Of a DNA stretch of 51,981 bases, positions 37,721-49,300 are shown one piece after another; position 1 is the first letter of the stretch; every line of letters begins with the position of its first letter. The translations under genes and the position numbers were made by a program. Below the pieces are notes generated by a model. That model worked only from the letters and a program-made list of their open reading frames with translations. It was not told the DNA's origin and searched no databases. The DNA comes from an uncultured Rhodopirellula sp. (lineage in GTDB: Bacteria > Planctomycetota > Planctomycetia > Pirellulales > Pirellulaceae), in the NCBI GenBank assembly GCA_964007735.1, contig CAXGAI010000032.1, positions 1-51,981 on the forward strand, given 5' to 3'.

Positions 37721-40700
37721 TTATTCTTTCGAGATGAACTCGTCCGTATTGAAAATGATGTTGGCTAGATTGGTGAACGCGGCCAGTTCGACAGCCTCCA
37801 CGGACTTATCCGTTACACTTTCACCTACGCTAAGCAGTTCGGCGGCCTCTTCCGGCTTTTGTTGATAGTGTTTACGAGACAAGGTCACGATGTTATTCAT
37901 GAGTGTGATTTCTGCTGAGGTCGGCGGGCGTGATAAGGCTCTTTGGAAAGCACTTCGGAAGCGATCGTTGTCCTGCTCATTTTCTAGAATAAGACTTTGA
38001 GCAAAGACTCGTGCTGCTTCGACAAACGTGATGTCATTGAGTAGTGTTAAGGCGTGAAGGGGCGTGTTTGTTCGCTTGGTTCGTACTTCGCATGTTTGAC
38101 GATTGGCTTCGTCAAACATGTTTGGCGGCGACAGGGAACGACGCCAGAATGTATACAGACTACGACGATAAAGAGCATCTCCAGAGTCTTGAGTGTATTT
38201 GATCTTTCCGAAACTGAAATCGGCCCAAAGTCCCGGCGGTTGGTATGGCTTGACGGATGGGCCACCCAGTTTTTCAACCAGTAACCCGGAAACGGCCAAA
38301 GCATTATCCCGAATGGTGTGCGCCGCCAATCGGTAGCGAGGTGCCCTTGCCAGTAAACGATTGTAAGGATCTCTTTCTAACAATTCGGGAGTGACGCTAG
38401 AGCTTTGTCGGTACGTCGCGCTGCTTACGATTTGAGTCACCAGTCGCTTAACGTCCCAGTTGTTGTGCTGGAAGTCAACCGCCAACCAGTCAAGTAGTTG
38501 AGGATGGCTTGGTAACTCTCCTTGGGAGCCAAAGTCTTCGGTCGTTTTTACCAAGCCAGTGCCAAAGAACTGTTGCCAAAAACGGTTGACCGTGACTCGA
38601 CTCGTGAGTGGGTTGTTCTTGGAAACGATCCACTGCGCAAGCCCTAGCCTATTCTTCGGCGTATCTTCCGGCATGGGGGCAACACTAGCAAGTGTGTCCG
38701 GAAATAACTTCTCATTATCCAGTGGGTTGTCATATCGCCCGACGACTAAGACTCGCGTGTCTCTCGCTTGACTTCGATCACGCATGACCATGGTGTCCTG
38801 GAATCCCTCTTTGAGACGGTCATGTTCGGTTTGAGCCAGTCGTAATCTGGCGGTAGCATCACGGTGTTTTTGAGTTGAACGTCGGTGAAAGTCAGCGATA
38901 GCGGTTGCCTGTTGGTTATTCCACTCTTCGGAGTTGATATCAAGGACCGCCAGTATATCAGCAGGAGGAATGGTTTCCGTTTCAAACGTCACGTCACGCG
39001 AACTCGATGTTGCCAGCGTGAAGGTCCCTAGAATATGCTTGGCGTGCTCGGATCGGTGCTTCATAGTCACGACAAGCCGGTCACCTTCGCTAACTTCGAG
39101 CGGTTGCTTCAGCTTGAAGATCGCCTGACGATCAACAGCCGTTTTAAGTTCTCCGTCCCATACAGCCCAACCCCCTTTGCTCTCCGGGTTTAACGTTTCG
39201 GCGATATTGAATCCACCTTGTGTAAAATCGGCGATTGCATCGTCAAAAATCAGGGCTGTTGGCTCTCCTGCTTTTGGGAGCAGAGACACCTCAAATCCGG
39301 TTAATACGAAATTAGCATTTCTGCCGGGCCCGCGGAAGGGAATATTTCCGTTGGTAAGTGCTTCAAGTCGAAGGGCTTTAATGGTGCCCGGATGAAGAGG
39401 GATTGTGAGAGTGTAGTCATCAAAGTCGGGGAACTTGCCAGTGATGACAACTTTGCCGTGGGGCTCGATATGTGTTGTGGCACCTTCCTTGGATTCAGCG
39501 CTTGAAGGAATGAGTTGGTGCCAAAGTCCACTGATTCTATTGTTGGTGACAGCGGAATTCCATTTTGCTACCCATTGCATACGGGCTTCACTCAATGTTT
39601 CCACCGGCTGTCCTCTCTCTTTTTCTAACTGAGCCATCAGCTTTTCAAGCTCTTCCGCTCTCCCTCGTTGTGCAAGCGTGGGAACCTTGATTAATGGGCG
39701 GGCGTTGCCACCAGCGTCGACACTTCCGGATTCATCTATGCTGTTGAAGTAAGCGTACATTTCATAGTATTCGCGTTGGCTGATTGGATCGTATTTGTGA
39801 TCGTGACAGCGTGCACAACCAACCGTAAGCCCCAACCAGACGGTACTCGTTGTTTCGGTTCGGTCGAAGACGTATTCAACTCTATTCTCTTCGGCAATAC
39901 GCCCCCCCTCCCCGTTAAGTGGGTGATTGCGGTTAAATCCGGTAGCAATCATTTGCGATGTCGTGGGGGATTCGAGTAAGTCACCAGCGATTTGCTCGAC
40001 TGAGAACTGATCGAATGGCATGTTATTGTTAAAAGCTTCAATTACCCAGGTTCGCCAGAAATAGCTACTACGAGTTCGGTCTCCCTGATAGCCGTTGGTA
40101 TCTGAATAACGAGCAGCTTCGAGCCAACTCCACGCCATGTGCTCACCGAAACGCGTTGAGCTAAGAAGGCGTTTGACTACTTTTTCGTAGGCATCGTCAG
40201 CCTGATCTGCAAGGTATTCGGCGACTTCCTGCGGAGTCGGGGGTAAACCAGTGAGATCAAACGTCAGTCGCCGGATGAGTGTTTCACGGGAGGCCTGGTG
40301 TGAAGGCTGCAGTTTTTCTCGTTCTAATTTTGCAAGAATGAAGTGGTCGATGGCATTGCGTGGCCACCTGTCATTTGCCGTTTTTGGAAAATCGGACTTG
40401 GCCGGCGGCGTGAAAGACCAATGGACGGAGTATTCCGCACCCTGCTCTATCCATCGTTTGAGAGTGGCAATCTGAAGGTCACTTAATTCACGATTAGATT
40501 CCGACGGTGGCATTTTTAGATCGTTGTCGATCGCGGTTATTCGATGTATGAACTCCCCGTTTAAAACGTCTCCTTTAACAATTAACGCGGGATCTCGCAT
40601 CTGAGCGATACCTTCCGCAGTGTCTAGCCTCAGGTCAGCCTGTCTGGCCGCTTCGTCGGGGCCATGGCATTGAAAGCAATTATTAGAGAGGATGGGGCGG

Positions 40701-40810
40701 ACATCTCGATTAAAGTCAATTTCTTGAGCACATAGATTTGAAATGACAGCAAAGTTCAGAGCCAAAAAAATAACGAAGCGACAAGTATTCATATTTAATT
40801 CATCAAACAT
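37721..40810 (-). CDS. PSD1 and planctomycete cytochrome c domain protein (PSCyt1, DUF1549, DUF1553)
   Basis: [63 protein letters not shown]. Confidence 0.95.
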   Translation of the reverse strand: MFDELNMNTCRFVIFLALNFAVISNLCAQEIDFNRDVRPILSNNCFQCHGPDEAARQADLRLDTAEGIAQMRDPALIVKGDVLNGEFIHRITAIDNDLKMPPSESNRELSDLQIATLKRWIEQGAEYSVHWSFTPPAKSDFPKTANDRWPRNAIDHFILAKLEREKLQPSHQASRETLIRRLTFDLTGLPPTPQEVAEYLADQADDAYEKVVKRLLSSTRFGEHMAWSWLEAARYSDTNGYQGDRTRSSYFWRTWVIEAFNNNMPFDQFSVEQIAGDLLESPTTSQMIATGFNRNHPLNGEGGRIAEENRVEYVFDRTETTSTVWLGLTVGCARCHDHKYDPISQREYYEMYAYFNSIDESGSVDAGGNARPLIKVPTLAQRGRAEELEKLMAQLEKERGQPVETLSEARMQWVAKWNSAVTNNRISGLWHQLIPSSAESKEGATTHIEPHGKVVITGKFPDFDDYTLTIPLHPGTIKALRLEALTNGNIPFRGPGRNANFVLTGFEVSLLPKAGEPTALIFDDAIADFTQGGFNIAETLNPESKGGWAVWDGELKTAVDRQAIFKLKQPLEVSEGDRLVVTMKHRSEHAKHILGTFTLATSSSRDVTFETETIPPADILAVLDINSEEWNNQQATAIADFHRRSTQKHRDATARLRLAQTEHDRLKEGFQDTMVMRDRSQARDTRVLVVGRYDNPLDNEKLFPDTLASVAPMPEDTPKNRLGLAQWIVSKNNPLTSRVTVNRFWQQFFGTGLVKTTEDFGSQGELPSHPQLLDWLAVDFQHNNWDVKRLVTQIVSSATYRQSSSVTPELLERDPYNRLLARAPRYRLAAHTIRDNALAVSGLLVEKLGGPSVKPYQPPGLWADFSFGKIKYTQDSGDALYRRSLYTFWRRSLSPPNMFDEANRQTCEVRTKRTNTPLHALTLLNDITFVEAARVFAQSLILENEQDNDRFRSAFQRALSRPPTSAEITLMNNIVTLSRKHYQQKPEEAAELLSVGESVTDKSVEAVELAAFTNLANIIFNTDEFISKE

Positions 40811-40890
40811 CCTGGTGTGGTTAATTGTTATTAACGCAATCTATTTTATTAAAAAAAGAGGCATTTGCGTACTATTGAAAGAGACGAAGT

Positions 40891-40918
40891 TTGCGTTAGT
40901 GAGCTGGCGGGATAGAAT
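40891..40918 (+). promoter_or_regulatory. candidate sigma70-type promoter positioned for a leaderless transcript
   Basis: TTGCGT-N16-TAGAAT, with 6 nt between the -10 element and ATG 40925. Confidence 0.4.
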
Positions 40919-40924
40919 CACGGG

Positions 40925-41608
40925 ATGCTTTCTGTTCGCAACATGCAGTTTCGGTACCCCAATAGCCCCTTTAAGTTGAACGTACCTAGGTTTGACTTGG
41001 AGGTGGGCCAGCATACTGCTATTGTGGGCCCGAGCGGATGTGGAAAAACAACTTTTTTAAGTCTACTTGCGGGAATTATTCCATTAACAGCACCGTCTAA
41101 CGGGGAAGTGAGGTTTCGGAACGTTGCATTGCCTACGGCGAGTCCCAATAAAATGCGGAGTTTCAGAAATGACTCCATTGGATTTGTGTTTCAGGACTTT
41201 CGGTTGATCGAATATCTGAGCCTCAAAGATAACATCCTTCTTCCCGTGACTCTCTCGTTAAATACTCGGGATGATGATTGGGAGCGACGAGCAGATGAAT
41301 TAATAAGAAAAGTTGGCTTGGAAGAAATATCGGATCGTCCGGTTAGTTCCATGTCGCGTGGAGAGCAGCAACGAGTTGCTGTATGCCGGGCTCTACTACG
41401 CCGGCCGACTCTCGTGTTGGCCGATGAACCAACCGCGAATCTGGATGCCGGAAATGCAACCGATGTTCGGGATTTGTTGTTCGAACAAGCGAATGAAATA
41501 GAAGCCACCGTTGTGGCTGTAACGCATGCTCATGAAAGTCTTTCTTGCTTCACGCGAGTCTTGCCGTTTGGTGAGATCAATATAGGAGGTGACGAGAGTC
41601 CGGCATGA
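40925..41608 (+). CDS. ABC transporter ATP-binding protein (LolD/MacB-like)
   Basis: Walker A GPSGCGKTT, IGFVFQ, signature MSRGEQQR, ADEPTANLD, VTH. Confidence 0.95.
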   Translation: MLSVRNMQFRYPNSPFKLNVPRFDLEVGQHTAIVGPSGCGKTTFLSLLAGIIPLTAPSNGEVRFRNVALPTASPNKMRSFRNDSIGFVFQDFRLIEYLSLKDNILLPVTLSLNTRDDDWERRADELIRKVGLEEISDRPVSSMSRGEQQRVAVCRALLRRPTLVLADEPTANLDAGNATDVRDLLFEQANEIEATVVAVTHAHESLSCFTRVLPFGEINIGGDESPA

Positions 41609-42762
41609 TTCGCTTTGCCTGTGCTTATTTGAAATCGCAATGGAAACTGGTGCTGACGTTGGTTATTACCATTGGGCTTTCTCTCGCCCTGCCGATTACT
41701 TCTTTCCGTGTGATGGCTCGGTATCGTGGCGAGTTAGAGTCTCGAAGTACAAGGCCTCCTTTGTTAATTGGGGCCAGGGGCGACCGATTTGATTTGGTTT
41801 TGCGTTCCCAGTTCTTTGTTGGAGAGTTGCAGCAATCACTTACCTATCGAGAATACGGCCGTTTGCGAGACGACGCTGAGTTGGTTTCTGTGCCGCTACA
41901 TCTTGTCCATTCGGCTGGTCAGGGAAAGTGGCCTATTGTGGGTACGAATTCGATTTACTTTACTGCCCAGGCGCTTGAGCTGGATGCCGGACAGGTATTT
42001 GCTGAAATTGGTACCTGCGTGGTTGGTGCAGATGTTGCTGACCAACTCAACGGAATGACCATTATAAAGAGCGACTTGCAAACTACGTTTGGCTTTGGAG
42101 AGATGTTGCCGTACGATCTTCGGGTCGCAGGTGTATTGAAAAAGACTTCCACTCCGGATGATCGAGCTATCTTTGTATCGCTCGAAACTGCCTGGCTGCT
42201 GGATGGTTATGGACACGCGCATGAGGAAAGTGACTCCGGTACGGCTGTCAGTCGCCGTTCCTTGCTTCATGGGGTGGAAGGTGCACATACTCCTCTCGAA
42301 TCCCAAACCAACCTCGATCAATCGAGCAGGCATTTGATTCACTTTCATGGTGAACAGTTAGACTATCGCATTTCATCGGTGGCCGTTTGGCCGAAGACGA
42401 AAGAAGCAAGTGCTTTATTGCGAGTCGACTATCAAGATGACCGGACGACTCAGGTCGTCGTCCCTCAGCATGAGTTTGAAAAGTTGTTGGAGCATGTTGT
42501 GCGTGTGAAAGACGTACTGGATCTGGTATTCGTGATTCTCTTGGCGATCTCAACGGTGATGGTTGTTGTCTCCACCATCCAGTCCGTACAGTTGAGAAAG
42601 CGGCATTTAGAGACAATGCACTATTTAGGATGCTCCCGTTTGAAGGTTCGGACCCTGTTGCTACTGGAGTCTTCGATGGTCGCAGTAATGGCATTACTCG
42701 CCTGTACGCTTTTTGTGTTTATGCTGGATGCCGCCGCGCCTTCATTACTGTCGATTCTTTAA
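41605..42762 (+). CDS. ABC transporter permease, MacB/FtsX-type, with His-rich periplasmic loop
   Basis: N-terminal TM, large periplasmic domain, C-terminal TMs with R..L.TM..LG motif; ATGA overlap with the ATPase. Confidence 0.88.
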   Translation: MIRFACAYLKSQWKLVLTLVITIGLSLALPITSFRVMARYRGELESRSTRPPLLIGARGDRFDLVLRSQFFVGELQQSLTYREYGRLRDDAELVSVPLHLVHSAGQGKWPIVGTNSIYFTAQALELDAGQVFAEIGTCVVGADVADQLNGMTIIKSDLQTTFGFGEMLPYDLRVAGVLKKTSTPDDRAIFVSLETAWLLDGYGHAHEESDSGTAVSRRSLLHGVEGAHTPLESQTNLDQSSRHLIHFHGEQLDYRISSVAVWPKTKEASALLRVDYQDDRTTQVVVPQHEFEKLLEHVVRVKDVLDLVFVILLAISTVMVVVSTIQSVQLRKRHLETMHYLGCSRLKVRTLLLLESSMVAVMALLACTLFVFMLDAAAPSLLSIL

Positions 42763-42853
42763 ACCTCCCGCGTGACAGGCTGGAATGGTGTAAAATTCAG
42801 CAATCAGCACAGGTCATCAGAATACTCGTTGCGGAAATGGAGAGAGGGAAGCT

Positions 42854-44770
42854 ATGGGATGTAATCGATGCAAAGCGGTCGGTGGTTTAATTGCCGTGCT
42901 ATTCTTCCAAATAAACGCCTTATCTGTCGCGAAAGCAGACAAGTTATCTAGCCGTGTCGTTATTAGAACCGGAGTGGTCAATAGTGCAATTATCCGGGGA
43001 GCGAAACAAACGGCTGTTGTGTATGGTGCGTCAGAGGATTCGCCGCCGAAAGCGGATTGGGTGTTGCTGCCTCACCATCGCCGTGATGTTGTTTGGGCGG
43101 CAGAATCTCTGATTGAAAACGGATCCAAAGTGATTGCCCCTGAAGCTGAAAGAGCGTTGATCGAAACTCCGGAACAATACTGGGGTGAGTTTCAGCAAAA
43201 GCGTTTTCATGATTATGCACAGCAAACCACTAAAGTCCTCGCGCGTGGAATCAAGGTTGATCGATGGATTAGCGAGGGTGACACGATTGATCTTGGGGAA
43301 GTTGTATTGGAGGTGCTGGAGACACCAGGGTTTACCAGGGGAAGTGTGTCTTATGTTGCTAGGTCAGAGGAGCGGACGATCGTCTTTAGCGGTGATCTGA
43401 TTGCAGGCCCTGGTAAATTGCTGGATATCTACAGTTATCAGGATGCCATTGAAGAAGCGAATATAAGGGGCTATCACGGTTATGGCGGCCGATTTGCAGC
43501 GTTACTGGCAAGTATTGAAAAAGTGAAGGCGCTTAAACCGGACGTATTAGTGCCGGCTCGGGGTGAGATCATACATCGCCCTATCCAGGCGCTTGACAAA
43601 TTAAGCCAGAGAGTCAAGACACTATATCGGTCGTACCTAAGTACCAGTGCTTTGAATTGGTACTTCAAAGAAGAACGAATGGGGCAATGCGCTGAGCGGA
43701 TTCTGGGATCCCAGGCAGAGTTTTCGTTAATGCCCTATTCCAGTTATGAAGACACGCCGGACTGGATTTGGGTGAAGGGCACAAGTCGTCTGATCATCTC
43801 TGAAACGGGCCATAGTCTGTTAGTCGATTGTGGGAACACGGGGGTCATCGATGGTGTCAAGGAATTGCTAGAAGCCGGTGTTGTAAATAAAGTCGATGGA
43901 ATCTTCGTGACGCATTATCACGATGATCATACGGATGCCGTCCAACAGGCCTCGGAGGAATTTGATTGTCCGGTGTTTGCAGTTCAGAACTACGTGGATA
44001 TTCTCCGAAATCCAGGGAATTATCATATGCCGTGTTTACATCACACTCCCATTGAAGAGGTGGTGCCCAAGCAGCATGGTGATATTATGGAATTTCATGA
44101 ATTTAAATTGACGTTTCGGATATTTCCCGGACAAACCTTTTATCATGGTGCGTTGCTTGTAGAGCAACCCAAACAAGCACCGGTCTTTTTTGTTGGTGAT
44201 GCATTCTCGCCCTCAGGTATGGATGATTACTGCGTGCTTAATCGAAATCTGATGCATAAAGACGATGGATTCTTGTTTTGCCTGAGGCAAATCAGGGCTC
44301 TAGGTGAAAATTACTGGTTGATCAATGAGCATATCCCTCACGTATTTCGCTTTTCAAAAAACGAGTTGGATACTTTAGAGCGGGGATTTGTAAAACGCAT
44401 CGATACAGTGCGTTCTTTGACCGTGTGGGATGATCCAAACTATGCCGTGGACGAACAGTGGGCCGTGTTGTACCCCTATGGATTACGGGGCAAGTCTGGA
44501 ATGACTCATGAATTCAATGTGGTGATTACCAATCATTCTTCCAAACGCCGGGACTACGATGTGCAATTTAGATTACCTGAAGGTGCCGAACTAGTTTCGG
44601 CTACTCGAGCAACGAAGGTTTCTGCCGGAGCGTTAGCTGTTGTCCGGGCGAAGATTCGTTTGCCGGAGGATTCGGGGCATTATTTAATACGAGCGGATAT
44701 AAAGTCTGACGGAATTGATGTACGTGACTGGGTGGAGTCAACCGTGACCGTGGTGGCAGATGAGAAATAG
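42854..44770 (+). CDS. exported tandem metallo-beta-lactamase-fold hydrolase with C-terminal Ig-like domain
   Basis: First domain degenerate (PHHRRD, TPGFT, SGD); second has THYHDDHTD, PGQT, VGD; beta-rich C-terminus VITNHS...RAKIRLP. Confidence 0.85.
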   Translation: MGCNRCKAVGGLIAVLFFQINALSVAKADKLSSRVVIRTGVVNSAIIRGAKQTAVVYGASEDSPPKADWVLLPHHRRDVVWAAESLIENGSKVIAPEAERALIETPEQYWGEFQQKRFHDYAQQTTKVLARGIKVDRWISEGDTIDLGEVVLEVLETPGFTRGSVSYVARSEERTIVFSGDLIAGPGKLLDIYSYQDAIEEANIRGYHGYGGRFAALLASIEKVKALKPDVLVPARGEIIHRPIQALDKLSQRVKTLYRSYLSTSALNWYFKEERMGQCAERILGSQAEFSLMPYSSYEDTPDWIWVKGTSRLIISETGHSLLVDCGNTGVIDGVKELLEAGVVNKVDGIFVTHYHDDHTDAVQQASEEFDCPVFAVQNYVDILRNPGNYHMPCLHHTPIEEVVPKQHGDIMEFHEFKLTFRIFPGQTFYHGALLVEQPKQAPVFFVGDAFSPSGMDDYCVLNRNLMHKDDGFLFCLRQIRALGENYWLINEHIPHVFRFSKNELDTLERGFVKRIDTVRSLTVWDDPNYAVDEQWAVLYPYGLRGKSGMTHEFNVVITNHSSKRRDYDVQFRLPEGAELVSATRATKVSAGALAVVRAKIRLPEDSGHYLIRADIKSDGIDVRDWVESTVTVVADEK

Positions 44771-46352
44771 AGTTGGCCGATCTGTTTTATTGAGCTTCAT
44801 GACGCTCGTTCTATTTGATGCGAGTCTTTACGCGCATCCAGTTTCACTTACCGATGCTGTGGTGGATATCCGTGAAGATTCGACTCGATTTAAGCTATCC
44901 ATCACGGCTGAAGATTTGGTGCTTTATTATGAACTGGAGGCTAACAAGGAATTTCGGGTTTCTCGTAATCTTATTCAGGAGGCCTCCAGAAAACATCGCG
45001 ACTTTCTGGAAAAGCGGCTGCAACTACTCAATCAGCTGGGAGACTCATTGGAATTGGCTTATCGGGGAATTGACTTGTCCGGCATTCCCGCAGAAGGAGT
45101 ATTGCAAACGGAGCTGAAGTCTCGCTGGTTGACCTATCAATGGACAGTCAGTACGGAGAGGAAGCCAAAATTTATCACGTTGTCACAGGAATTTGGTGAA
45201 CTACAGCCTGCCACGATGGACTGTATGTTTTTGCAAAATGGATTCTTGCTCGAGAAAACGAAACAGCTTAGCTCGGGGCAGGTCTATACGGTTCAGCTAG
45301 ATTGGGTGAATCCACCTACTAAGCGACCTGATCTGGCGGCGTTGAAAGCAGCCAAGCAGCGGCAACTTCGAGACCGTCTGGGGATTGCAAGTTATAGCTC
45401 TCTTTATTCCTTCCTCTACGTATCGAGACGGGAGGTCAGACATGAAATTTTAATTCCGGTACTTACTTTGCAGGAATGGTTCGGTATCGAACGCGAAACG
45501 CCGGATTTTCTGTCAGTGAAGGAGCAAGAGGCTGTTGCCAAACAGGTCTTCGATCTAATTTCTGAGAATTCAATGCAGATCAACGGCAAGCGGATTGAAC
45601 CGGACCTGATACGGGTTAATTTCTTTGGCCTTGATATCCGAGATTTTGCACTGAATAAGCCGCCCCGGCCAATCAATATTTATCAGGCTCGAATTGGCGT
45701 GATCGTTTCATATCCAGCACGAGAGGGGTTACTGGAAACAATGACGATGCAATGGAAGTCTTATAATAAGTACGCTCCGGTGCTGAAGTCGACGGTATTT
45801 GTGAAGGGGCAACAGCCCTTTGGACATTTCTTCGTGAAAGACGCTCCGACGTTTTCTTTTGATTTGCCCAAACTCAAAGTAAATCGGCCCTCCCCGATAC
45901 GAATTGGCCTGAAGGCGAAGTCTCTTACGACAGATCAGGCTAAGTTGTTAGCTAATGAGGTTGTCGAGCGTGTCTATTCTACCGTTAATCTTGTTTCACC
46001 CCGCGATCGTTATCGGCAGTTAGCAGATCTTGGCGTTGGAGAATACGGTGAAAAGATGTTTCTTGAACTGGAGAAATCTCTGAGGATAGCGGAACAGGGA
46101 GGATCAGTGATGGAGGTTCATTCGACAGAGGTGACGAATCTTCGGCACTTTCGTGAGGGTGAAGGACTACTCGTTATCCAGGCGACTTGGGATCTTGTGG
46201 GGAGTGTACAGCATTGGGGACATATTCATACCCGCAGAGACACCTTTACCGGTACGATTCAACTTAGTGCCGAACGCGGTCATTGGGCGATTGAGTCTTT
46301 TGTGACCACGGACCAAAAGAGACATCCGATTGAAACGAAAGTCCGTTATTGA
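44760..46352 (+). CDS. exported hypothetical protein with C-terminal HWGHIH motif
   Basis: 530-aa ORF overlapping the upstream gene; signal peptide ending LYA-H; GSVQHWGHIHTR. Confidence 0.8.
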   Translation: MRNRVGRSVLLSFMTLVLFDASLYAHPVSLTDAVVDIREDSTRFKLSITAEDLVLYYELEANKEFRVSRNLIQEASRKHRDFLEKRLQLLNQLGDSLELAYRGIDLSGIPAEGVLQTELKSRWLTYQWTVSTERKPKFITLSQEFGELQPATMDCMFLQNGFLLEKTKQLSSGQVYTVQLDWVNPPTKRPDLAALKAAKQRQLRDRLGIASYSSLYSFLYVSRREVRHEILIPVLTLQEWFGIERETPDFLSVKEQEAVAKQVFDLISENSMQINGKRIEPDLIRVNFFGLDIRDFALNKPPRPINIYQARIGVIVSYPAREGLLETMTMQWKSYNKYAPVLKSTVFVKGQQPFGHFFVKDAPTFSFDLPKLKVNRPSPIRIGLKAKSLTTDQAKLLANEVVERVYSTVNLVSPRDRYRQLADLGVGEYGEKMFLELEKSLRIAEQGGSVMEVHSTEVTNLRHFREGEGLLVIQATWDLVGSVQHWGHIHTRRDTFTGTIQLSAERGHWAIESFVTTDQKRHPIETKVRY

Positions 46353-49300
46353 CTCGCTTTTAGAAACTTAATCAAGTCAATGAGTTGTTGATCGGATAGG
46401 TGTTTATCCAGTCCGGCCGGCATGATTGATGTCGGGGATGATCGCTGCTCTTCAATTTCGCTATGTAGCAGCCGGATTTGTTTTTGAGCATCGACTTGTA
46501 ATACGATCGTGTGCCCATTGTCATCCCGGATAACCCCGCTATAGACCTGCCCGTCTGCGGTAATGATGGAGACTGGTTCAAAACTTTGTACAAAGCTCGC
46601 ACTCGGGAATAGCACCGCTTCGAGTAAGTCGCGCTCTGTTCTGATCTGGCCAATGCGAGTCAGGTCAGGACCGACGCGACCACCTAGATAGGCAATTCGA
46701 TGACATGCTGTACAGGCAGCCTTTGCAGAGTGGAATACTTTTTGTCCCCGAGTAACGTCACCGGTCTCAATGTTTTTTAACAACTGGTCGATTCTTGCTA
46801 TTCTCTCCTGATTTTCCGCCTTAATTCGCTCAATCAGCGGAGCCGTTCTTGCGAACACTTCGTCCCCTAACGGTTCGAACAATTGTTGTACTTCTTCAGG
46901 ATTTAATGTGGTCGCAGCTGGAGCCTTCGCCAATGCGCTCAAGGTATTGAGCGCTGTTTGCGGTTCCTTCGTTTTGGCTAGCGTTGTAACAACGCGACGT
47001 AGGTGGATGGAACCCAGTGTGCCGATAACTTGAGGGATCTCGCGCCATTGAGCGGTTGGCCAGGGCGAGGTTACCAGTAAGTCTACTGTCAGCGACTGAA
47101 GGGGAAGTGGTTGTGAGGCTTCTGCAAATCGCCGGATGTCACTCAAGGTGTCAGCATTTAACGGTCGAGTAGTGGGCGGGATAGCAGAAAAGGCAGCAAG
47201 TCGGACCTCGGCAGGATTTGTTTTATCTTGATAAATCGCAAGCAGTCGAACCTGTAGAGTATCGTTTAGTTTGTCGCCGCGAATGGCGGTGGCGGCATGG
47301 ATTGCGAGAGAAAGTGCTGTTGGATCCGTGGATGCCAAACCTCTCAACACCCCGTCTTTAATGGAGTCTGGAACGGAGGCCAGTTTAGTGTTACCGATCG
47401 CTTCGAGGACGAACGCCTGCGTGGAAGGATCTCCTGTCCTAAGTAGTTCACCAGCTAGCCGTAGAATTTCAGGAGTATCAATATACTGTGTTAATCTTTG
47501 CAGCAACTGCTGACGTTGCTTTCCTTCGATTTGTTTGTCGCGGACATGTTGGCTGAAATAGTTTGTTAGAAACGCTGCCCAGTCGGGATGATTGGCGATA
47601 AGCCACCAACCGGTTTCCTGCATTTTTACGTTGTTGGATTGAATAGCGTTGATTGCTAATTCCGGACGTAGATTACCGTTAGGCGTTTGATCAAGTGCGA
47701 TTAATGCTCCCCGAGTAGTTGCGTCGTTGGACGAGTTTACGAGCGTTTTAATTGGATCTGAGTCGCCGATTTCGATAGCCGCGTAGATTAGTGAGTGCTC
47801 CAACATACGGTCAATGTTTGTTGTAAGTGTATTCAGCAGCATGGGAACATCCATCGGCGAACCGATACGTCCCAGACATTCTGCAGCGATTCGTTTGTTG
47901 TAATTGCTGAAATCCAGAAAACGTCCCCGAATTTCTGTTGCTGCAGATTTGTCTAAATGCAGGCTGATGGAATGCAGTGCTGCATGAACGACAGTCTCGT
48001 TGACATCATCCAGTGCGGTGTGAATCGCTACGCGTGCAGCGTCTGTTTGGTTTTGGCATAATGCCCAGACAATCTGTAGGCGATGCTGCGCATCGTCTGT
48101 TTCGCTCAGGGCAATCCTCAGAGAGTCCACTGAGTTGGCACCCATTTCACCAAGTATTTTGCGAGCTTTGTTTCGAACCGCGAACCGCTGATCGCCTAGT
48201 AATGGGACAAGTCGTTGAGCAGGCAAACTGTTCCATTCAATAGTTTTACCGCGGGGGTCGGTGACGTCATGGCTGCCCACCTTTCGAACCCTGTAGATCG
48301 CTCCTAATATTTCCGGTCGATAAAACTGGCTGGTTGGACAACAGATCTTATACCAACCACCAGTATTAATAACTAAGACGCTTCCATCCGCATCTTCAAA
48401 AACATCGGTGGGATGGAAATCCGGGCTGTCGCTGACCAAAAAATCAGAGTTCACGCTGGTGAGCATGCCACCGTCATTACCGATTTGATGCCGGAAGACA
48501 CGATGCTTATTAAAAGAACAGGAAAAGATGTTGTTTCTGTAGCTCTTGCCCAAGTGTGCTGTCTCAAGGCGTGCCAGCCCACAGGGGGCCGAGGCACCCT
48601 GGTGAACCAAGGCAGGCATTAAAGTACCGGTTCGAGGTACCCCATTTAGCACTCCGTGGTCTTTCCCATAAACCCCACCATACACGGCATGAATAAGGCC
48701 ATCGCGTTTCCCTTCTTGGGGATGTTCAAGGAAAGTCGTTGTGAAGACACGCTCACCTCCCGGCGTAAATACGATTTCAACGGGATTATCCATACCACCG
48801 GTCATGATATTTCCGATTGGTCCGCCTGCCGGATGACGGCGGAAGAGGTGAGCGGCCCGTGTGTTTAACGAATCGCCATTAATGAGTTCATGGTCTTGTT
48901 CGGCAAATGCGCCCTTTGCCCAATACAAGAATCCGTCCGGGCCAAGATACGGTCCATGTAGGTCGTTGGCACAACCTGTGAGGGTCTTACCATCAAACCA
49001 TACTTCTCGTCTATCTGCGATTCCATCCTCATCACTATCGGTTAGTTTCCAAATTTCCGGCGGGGCAGCTACGTAGAGAGATCCATCATGCCAACAGGCA
49101 CCTTCTGGGAACATGAATTTATCAGCGAAAACGGTACTCTTGTCGAATATTCCGTCGTTATCCGTGTCAGTCAATTGCCTAATGCGGTGAGATTTCTCCT
49201 TGAGCTGCTCGGGACCGTTGGCAGACGAACCACTGGAGTCGAGAACATACAGCCTACCCTGCTCATCGAAATCTGCATGTATCGGTCGGTCGACTAATGG

